From an uncultured delta proteobacterium (GTDB lineage Bacteria > Myxococcota > Myxococcia > Myxococcales > Anaeromyxobacteraceae): a stretch of DNA of 64,000 nt. This document shows, piece by piece, positions 8,440 to 16,300 of the stretch (position 1 is its first letter; every line of letters begins with the position of its first letter). The notes below the pieces were generated by a model. That model was given only the letters and a program-made list of their open reading frames with translations. It had not been told where the DNA came from and did not search any database. The translations under genes were made by a program, and so were the position numbers. The stretch is from NCBI GenBank assembly GCA_963814585.1, contig CAWFDF010000004.1:1-64000 (forward strand), written 5' to 3'.

Positions 8440-9507
8440 ATGTACGCAGTCATCGAGACCGGCGGGAAGCAGTACCGCGTCGAGGTCGGAACAGAGCTCG
8501 AAGTGGAGTTGCTCGACGTCGAGCCCGGTCAGTCAATCACGCTGGACCGGGTACTCCTCGTCGCCGACGGGGCCGAGGCCGCCATCGGGACGCCCCTTGT
8601 CGACGGCGCTGCCGTCGATGCCGAGGTCGTCGGCGCCACCCGCGGCGAGAAGGTCATCGCCTTCAAGTACCGCCCCAAGGCCCGTCGCCGGGTCAAGAAG
8701 GGACATCGCCAGAACCTGACGGTCCTGCGCATCGCGGATATCCGCTTCGGCGGCAAGAGCGCGGCAGCAGGCGAGTCCAAGAAGTCCTCGGCCAAGGCCG
8801 GGGACCGCAAGGCGATCGAAGAGGCAGCGGCCCGCCAGGCCGCGGAGGATGCCGCCCTCGCCGCCCAGCTCAAGCTCGGCGCACCCGCGGAGGCCGAGTC
8901 AGCTCCCGCCCCCAAGAAGAGCCGGGCAAAGGCGGCGGCAGCCGTCGAGGCCCCCGACGTCGAGGCCACGGAGGCGCCCGAGGCCGCCCCGACCGAGGCT
9001 GAGGCCGCGCCGGCTGAGGTCCCGGAGGCCGCGCCCGCCGAGGACGCGAAGGACGCGAACGCCTTCGAGATCCACGAGGACAAGGCCGGCAAGTGGCGCT
9101 GGCGCCTGCGCGCCCGCAATGGCGAGCTCGTCGCGGTGTCGGAGCAGGGCTTCACCACGAAGGCCGGCGTCGTCAAGGCGCTCGACGTCGTCCGGCGGAA
9201 CACCGCGGAAGCCGAGGGCCACACGGAGATCGTGCCGTCCGACGACGGCAGCGAGCCCGAGCACGCCAAGGGTTTCGAGATCTACGAGGACAAGGCCGGC
9301 AAGTGGCGCTGGCGCCTCCGGGCGTCCAATGGCGAGCTCCTGGCGATCCCGGAACAGGGCTATGCCTCCAAGGCCGGCGTCGTCAAGGCGCTCGACGCCG
9401 TCCGGCGCAACGTCGCCGACGCGACCGGCCACGAGGAAGAGGCACCGGCCGAGGGCGACACCACCGACGCGGCGCCGAAGCGCTCGCGCACTAAGAAGGA
9501 CGACTAA
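8440..9507 (+). CDS. rplU: 50S ribosomal protein bL21 with a long C-terminal extension containing two YegP/DUF1508-like domains
   Basis: MYAVIETGGKQYRV...KVIAFKYRPKARRRVKKGHRQNLTVLRI; Ala/Glu/Pro linker; two copies of FEIxEDKAGKWRWRLRAxNGE...EQGxxxKAG; GAGGA RBS. Confidence 0.95.
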   Translation: MYAVIETGGKQYRVEVGTELEVELLDVEPGQSITLDRVLLVADGAEAAIGTPLVDGAAVDAEVVGATRGEKVIAFKYRPKARRRVKKGHRQNLTVLRIADIRFGGKSAAAGESKKSSAKAGDRKAIEEAAARQAAEDAALAAQLKLGAPAEAESAPAPKKSRAKAAAAVEAPDVEATEAPEAAPTEAEAAPAEVPEAAPAEDAKDANAFEIHEDKAGKWRWRLRARNGELVAVSEQGFTTKAGVVKALDVVRRNTAEAEGHTEIVPSDDGSEPEHAKGFEIYEDKAGKWRWRLRASNGELLAIPEQGYASKAGVVKALDAVRRNVADATGHEEEAPAEGDTTDAAPKRSRTKKDD

Positions 9508-9510
9508 GCG

Positions 9511-9792
9511 ATGGCCCACAAGAAGGCAGGCGGCAGCGTCAAGAACGGCCGCGACAGCGCCGGTCAGCGACTCGGCGTCAAGCGCGGCGACGGCCAGTTC
9601 GTCACGGCCGGGTCGATCATCGTCCGCCAGCGGGGCATGACCTTCAAGGCTGGCGAGAACGCCGGCCTCGGCCATGACTACACGATCTTCGCCAAGATCG
9701 ACGGGAAGGTGCGTTTCGAGCACGAGACCCGCGACAAGAAGCGCGTCCGGATCATCCCGGTCGTTGCCGAGCCGGCGGCGGCCGAGGCGTAA
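9511..9792 (+). CDS. rpmA: 50S ribosomal protein bL27
   Basis: [24 protein letters not shown]...IIVRQRG. Confidence 0.98.
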   Translation: MAHKKAGGSVKNGRDSAGQRLGVKRGDGQFVTAGSIIVRQRGMTFKAGENAGLGHDYTIFAKIDGKVRFEHETRDKKRVRIIPVVAEPAAAEA

Positions 9793-9857
9793 GCCTCAGC
9801 CCATAGCGGCGACCACCGGCGGGCACGCCCCGCGCGGACGGCGTCGAAGGAGCACCT

Positions 9858-10070
9858 GTGAAGCCCGATATCCACCCTCGCTACGTGCAGGCCAAGGTCC
9901 ACTGCGGATCCTGCGGAACGGAGTTCGAGGTCGGCAGCACCCGCGACGAGCTTCGCGTGGACGTCTGCAGCAACTGCCACCCGTTCTACACGGGCAAGCA
10001 GAACATCATCGACACCGCCGGCCAGGTCGAGCGCTTCCAGCGCCGCATGGAGCGCCAGGCCCGCGCCTGA
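9858..10070 (+). CDS. rpmE: 50S ribosomal protein bL31 (Cys-containing, Zn-binding type)
   Basis: MKPDIHPRY...CGSCG...[32 protein letters not shown]. Confidence 0.97.
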   Translation: MKPDIHPRYVQAKVHCGSCGTEFEVGSTRDELRVDVCSNCHPFYTGKQNIIDTAGQVERFQRRMERQARA

Positions 10071-10108
10071 CGCCGGTCGGGCCATCGCCCGGCCTTGTCT
10101 CGCACTCG

Positions 10109-10136
10109 ACGGCGCCCGAGAGGGCGCCGTTCTCAA
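10109..10136 (+). terminator. Probable intrinsic terminator after rpmE
   Basis: 9-bp stem ACGGCGCCC/GGGCGCCGT with GAGA tetraloop, weak T-rich tail. Confidence 0.55.
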
Positions 10137-10310
10137 TTCCCGGGCCGGAGTGGAGCTGGAGCGCAGCCGAAGGGGAACTGAGCCGCATCGGGAACGCCGC
10201 CGGACCGTCGATCAGGAGGTCACCGGCCCCCCGCGGGGGACGGCAAACGGCCCAGCCGGTGGCTGGGCCGTTCGATTGCTCCTCAGCCCGCGGGAGCAGG
10301 CGGCGTGGTG

Positions 10311-13300
10311 TCAGGATCCCGCTTTGACGGTGACCCCTCCACTCGCGAGCGTGACCTGCGCACCGGCGGTGCCGACCTGGTGGTAGAGCGTCCCGGTGCT
10401 TGAGGTGACATTGAGCGCCAGCCTCTCGGGGGAGCCGTCTGTCACGTCCCACTTGCACGTGTATCCGGTGCCACCGAGACCGCTGACGGCCTTCATCGTC
10501 GCCGGGTTGACGACCGTGACGTTGCATTTGCTGGTGAAGGAACCCTTGCCGCTGCTGATCGACAGGGCGCCGCCGGTCCAGCTGCTGGTGGTGAACCAGT
10601 AGTCGTACCCGTCGATGCCACGGAACGTGTACACGGCCATGCCCTGCGGGGTTGTCGTCCCGCTCTTGTACTTGACGATGAAGCCGAAGTACCCGCGGTT
10701 CCCCGGCGCGGCTGCGACCTTGACCGGGATGTCTCCCGTGCTCGGGTCGACGACGGAGCCGGCGCCCGTGAGGTACTTGGCGGCGGTCTGGATGACCGTC
10801 ACCACGACCGGGGAGGCTGCCGGTGCCGTGAAGTGGGCGTTGTCGGCCGGGATGGTCATGATGACCGTCCAGTCGTCCAAGCCCAGGGTCTTCGTGCAGC
10901 TGGCGGTGCCCGCGGCGTTCGCAGTTGTCAGGCAGTGGTCGTCTGGGGTGCCCGCGAAGTTGCCGGCGTGGTACAGCAGGAAGTCCACGGTCGCGTTGGT
11001 CGTGGACACCGTCCCTCCGGCCGCCGGCGTCACGGTTCCAGTGAGCGTGACGCTCGCCGAGGTGCCCGCGCCGGCCGACCAGGAATGGCCGCCGGTGTAG
11101 GCCAGCGTCGCCGGCTTCTTCCCGACGCTGAACGCCTGGGTCACCTCCGGTGCCGCAAGGTAGGCACTGTCGCCGGCCTGGTTGGCGGCCACGGTGCACG
11201 AGCCGGACGTGGTCATCGACACCTTGCCTGAAGCGAACGAGCATGCGCCCGTGGCAGTGAACAGGACGGGCTGGCCCGACCCGCCGCCAATGGCGGCCGG
11301 TGTGTACGAGTCGCCGTACACGGACGCCGCCGGAGCAGCCGAGGTGAACGCGATCGCCTGCGTCCGCTTGGTGATGGTGAGGGAGCTCGGGCTGCCGGTG
11401 GCCGCCTGGTAGTTGGTGCCCGCAGTGATCGCAGGCGTCAGCGTGCAGGTCCCCGCGCCCACGAAGGACACGACGCCTGCGGAGGACACCGTGCAGGTGT
11501 CGGTGGTGGACGAGGTCGTCGAGGTCGTGCCGTCGCCGACCTTCGCGTATGTCGGGGTGAAGAAGTCATTGACCTGTGCCCCCGACGGGATGTTGGTGAT
11601 CGATACCGAGCTGGGCGCCTTCGCGATCGACAGGGTGCCCGTAGCACCCGTTGCCTGGTAGTCGGGATTGGCGAGTGTGGCGACCACCGCGTAGTACCCC
11701 GCGTCAGTGGGCAGGGTCGGCGTGCCGCCGTAGGTGACGGTCACGCCCGCCAGGCCGGCAGGCTCGACCGTCACGGTGGCGCCTTGCGCCGATCCGTCGT
11801 AGGTCTTGTTGAGGCCGCTCAGGCTCAGGGTGGCCGGAGCCTGAGCGGCGGCCACGCTCACCTGGACGGGAGTCGCCGCGTCCCAGTTGTCGTCGCCGCC
11901 CTGCGAGGCCGTGAGGCCGCAGGCCGTGGTGCCGCTGGTCATCGTCACCGCGAACCCATCCGCAGCACAGCCGCCCGTGGCGACGAGCGTGACGGACAGG
12001 CCCGAAATCGCGGTCGGGTTGACCGTGAACGATGTCCCGAATGTCGCGGGGCTCGCGGGCTGGGCAAAGGTGATCGACTGGCTTCCCTTGCCGACTGCAA
12101 CCTCCGTTGCGGGCGACGTCGCCTGGGCATAGATGTCGTCGGCAGCCTTGATGGCCGTGATCGAGCACGTGCCGGCGCCAGCCAGGACCTTGAGATAGGA
12201 CTTGTCATCGATCTGGTTGACCACGACCGAGCATGCCGTGGATGCCCCGGCATCGAAGGTCGTCGCTCCGGTGCCGGAGCCGCCCGTCGTCGCCAGGAGC
12301 TGGTCAGGCGCACCGAAGGTGGCCGACGTGGGTCCTGAGACCGAGAGCGGAGCCTGGGGGATCCGCGCCGTCAGGGACTTGGTGTCCGGGGTTGCCGGCC
12401 TGTAGAGGGGATCGGCCAGCGTCACCTCGTCGGGTGTGCTGTTCCAGGGACTCAGCTCGATGGTGCCGGAGAAGTAGACCGACAAGGTATACGGACCCGC
12501 GGGAAGCGACGTCGGGATGGTTCCCAGCGCGCCCACGCCCGAGGTGTCGGTGGACACGCTCTTGGTGTAGCCGAAGCCCTCCGTGGCCGTGCCGGGCTGC
12601 CCGGTGAGCACGAACGTCAGCGTCTGGAAGCCCAGCGGCGAGCCGTTGGCCTCAAGCGTCGCCGAGATACCGCTGGCGCCACCGAACACGATCGCGTCGG
12701 GCGCGTCCAGGACCACCGTCGTGGGCAGCTTGTTGACGGTGAAGGTGGAGGTGGCGGAGCTTGCGAGGTACCCGGCGTCGCCCGCGAACGTGGCCGCGAG
12801 CTGCTGGGTGCCCGGGGCCGTCTGGAGCAGGAGCGTCACTCCCGCCTTTCCGTTGGCGCCCGTGACCGCCGTCTCGATGGACGACCCGATCCTGAAGACG
12901 ACCGGCTTGCCCTCGATCGGAGACGAGTCGCTGGTCAGCGTCGCCGAGACGGAGACGCTGGCGCCATACAGGCCGGACGAGGTGGTGGACGAGACGGTCA
13001 GCCCGGACGGCTGTGCCGGCACCGAGCTGGTGTCGCCGAGGGAGTAGTACGCACCGTCACGGTCGTCGACCGCCACGAGGGCGGCGCCGTTGGCGCTCTG
13101 GACGATGTACCGCAGGTCGTCTGCGGACACGTTCGACGGGAGGGTGAGGCTGCCGGTCCACAGGTTCGGATCGGCGGTGTCCCGCACCAGGTCGACCGAA
13201 TCCCAGCACTTGCAGCCGGTGTTGCCAAAGGTGTAGGTGATCCAGGCCGTCTTGACGTTGTCGGCCCCCAAGGCGTCGTTGCCGCGCACGTGGGCCTCGA

Positions 13301-16300
13301 ACGACACGACGTTGCCGTCCCGGGTTGCCTGGACGTCATAGATGCTCGGTGCGCTGGCCGCTGCCGCCTCGGTGTCCGCCTCGTTCGCGTAGAACAGCCG
13401 GAGCCCGAGCGACGAGTACAGCCGCCGGATGGCCGTCGAGTCACCCGGGTTCACCACCCGGTGCTGGACGGGCGTCACCACGAGGTTCGTGGATCCGCCG
13501 GAGAAGTCCGCGAAGTAGCTGGCGAGCCACATCCTGGCGGGGAAGAAGGTCGTGGACTGGAACGGCGTCTGCGAGCCGCCGAACTCGGTGCCCGGCGCGC
13601 CGGTCATGGGAACGAGGCTCTTCTCGGCAAAGGCGCCACCTCGGAAGCCGACGCCCCGGAGCACCTTGCCTGCGACGCCGACGTTCTCGACGATCCGCGG
13701 GAGCGCAGGTTCGCCTGGGTGCGAGGCGACGCCGTCGCGGCCGGTGTAGTACGTCGCGTCGGGGTTGACGTCGGTCTTGGTGACCTCGGTGATCCCGAAG
13801 CTGCCGAGGTTCACGTCGGCAGATGCCACGCCGAGCGTGTTGTTGGTCGAATCGACGATTGACGGACCTGTGCCTGCGCCGGTGCGGGCGCCGGGCATGT
13901 TGACCGAGAACATCGGGAGGCCGAAGACGGCGGCTGTGAGCAGCGCCTTCTGGTGCAGCCCGATCGCATCGGGGGTCGCCGCGAGGTAGGCGAGCTTCGC
14001 CTTCACGAGCGCCGAGCCGATGTCGACCGGACCATTGCCCGCGCGCAGCTGGCGCGAGAACTCGGCGTAGACGCGCTCGCTGTACTCGACGAGCTCATCG
14101 TCGCCGTACTGGAAGCCCGTGCCGGCAACGAGCGTCGCGCCCTTGCGAGCCAGTGCCTGAGCCCAATCGAGGGGCTGGGTGACGCCGTCCACGGCATCAC
14201 CGTCGACGATCCCGTAGCCCGCATGGCAGCCCGTGCTGAACACGAGCGTGTTGCGCAGGTCGACGCCGGCCGGGGAAAGCTCGGCAGCGTTGAGCGTCGT
14301 CGCGTAGTCGGCCGCCAGCAGCGCGTTCGCGTCGAAGTGGCCGGCGAGGTACACCGTGTCGTAGTGGGTCGTTCCCAGGAGGTACGTGCGGAGGTCGTCC
14401 GCCGTCCAGTCATTGTTGATGAGCGAATCGACCTTGGCACCGCTGACCGCCGGCGAGCCGGTAGCGCCGGTGCCAAGCGCCAGCTGGGTCGCGACCGTCT
14501 CGGCGGAGTCCGCGATGAAGTCATAGCCGCTGACGAGGGAGGTCTTGGGCGTGATCGAGCCGCCCGTGCCCAGGTAGGCATCGATCATCCCGGTCGCCTC
14601 GGACGCGGTCTCGACGAGCCGTCCGACGGCGAGGTCGGGGACGGGGAACCGCGTCCCCCCGAGGGACAGGATGGTGCTCGCTCCGTACTCGTCCTGGCCG
14701 AGCACGTAGTCGGACCGGAGGCTGGCCTCGGAGGCGGACGTGGAGTCCACCGGCGGGACGTACCACGACTCCGGGGCCAGGTCGGCGGGATCCGGGTAGC
14801 GGAAGAACGGGACCGACGAGTCCCCACCGACGAGCACGACGTACTTGAGGTTCGGGTTGCGGTGCGCCTGGACGATGTCCCGGATCGCGGATGCCACGAG
14901 GCTCTTCGCGTAGACGCAGCTGGCAATCGTGTCCGCTTGCTGGTTGAGCCCCTGGACCCGGTTGTCCTGGCTGAGGTCGACGATGTCGCCGGTGGTGCCG
15001 GCAAGGGTCGCGAGCTTGGCGGCCAGGGCGTCCTTCTCGGCGGCGGTGCCCTCGATGCGCGTGCGGTCCCAGAGGATGATCGTCTGGGCGGTCGAGTTGG
15101 CGGAGCCGACGGCCGGGGCCGGCAGCGCGCTCGGGACGACCGGCGAGCAGACGTTGGGCACGGTGGTCACGGTGAGCTTGAACGGCTTCTCCACGTTGTA
15201 CGCGCCGTTCTTGCCGGTGACGTGAACGTAGAAGTAGCCGTCGTTGGTCCAGGTGAACGCGGGGATCTTGCCCGCCTTCGGCCCCTCCTCCAGGTTCCAC
15301 CCGATGAGGCTGTTGGACGCGGCCGTCGCGTATGCCCCGTAGATCTCATTGCCGATGTAGCTGCGGTTGCCGATATACGACGGGTTGCCGATGTAGCTGG
15401 GATTGCCGATATACGACTTGTTGCCGATATACGACTTGTTGCCGATATACGACTTGTTGCCGATATACGACGGGTTGCCGATATAGCTGGGGTTGCCGAT
15501 ATACGACGGGTTGCCGATGTACGAGCGATTGCCGATATAGCTGGGGTTGCCGATGTACGAGCGGTTGCCGATGTAGCTGGGGTTGCCGATGTAGCTGGGG
15601 TTGCCGATATACGACGGGTTCCCGATATACGAGCGGTTGCCGATGTAGCTGCGGTTGCCTGCGAACTGCGCCGTCAGCTGGGCGAGCGTCTGGCTTCCGT
15701 TCAGCGCCGCGAGCGCATCGGGGATGTTCGTGAACAGGAACTGGTCGTAGTCGTCGGGGAGGTCGCTGCCGTCGGCGCCGGTCAGGGACACCTCGACCTC
15801 GCCACCCGGCTTGATCGGGAAGCGGTACCAGCGCGAGCGCCCGTAGTCGTCGAGGAAGCCCGTGACCGTGCCATTCGGGCCGATGGTCCGGGCGTTGGTC
15901 CAGGTGTCGTTGGGATCGCTAACGACGATGCAGGGCCCGAGGTTGCTCGTGGCCGGCGGCGGCGATAGCCGGCCCGCGACGAAGCTCGTCGCGCCCGCGC
16001 CCGGTGCCCAGTCGACGATCCTGTCGATCTGCGCCCGGCCGCTCGCGTCGGTCGTCACGCCGGTAATCGTCGCGGCGACGCCGGGATCCGCCAGCTGGCC
16101 ATCGGCCTGCGCGCACGAGGTCGATGAGTACAGCTTGACCGTGAATATCGTGCTGGGCTCCGCCCAGAGCACGCCCTCGATCCTGGTCTTGCCGTCACCG
16201 GCCGGCGCGGCCCGGTACAGGAGGGGGACGTTCTCCTGCAGGACAAGCTCGGCGGTGACGGTCGCGGCGTGCGTGAACGAGCCCTCGGTGCCGGTCACCG

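Noticed and set aside
15354..15659. Possible CRISPR array
   Set aside because: Contiguous 18-bp units with no unique spacers, in frame inside a CDS, and no cas genes.
15332..15733. Cys-rich + strand ORF (CRYTTG/CRCSWG repeats) resembling a RiPP precursor or metallothionein
   Set aside because: It is the antisense shadow of the GNxSYI repeat. Variation is synonymous in the minus-strand frame but not in this one, and there is no RBS or modifying enzyme nearby.
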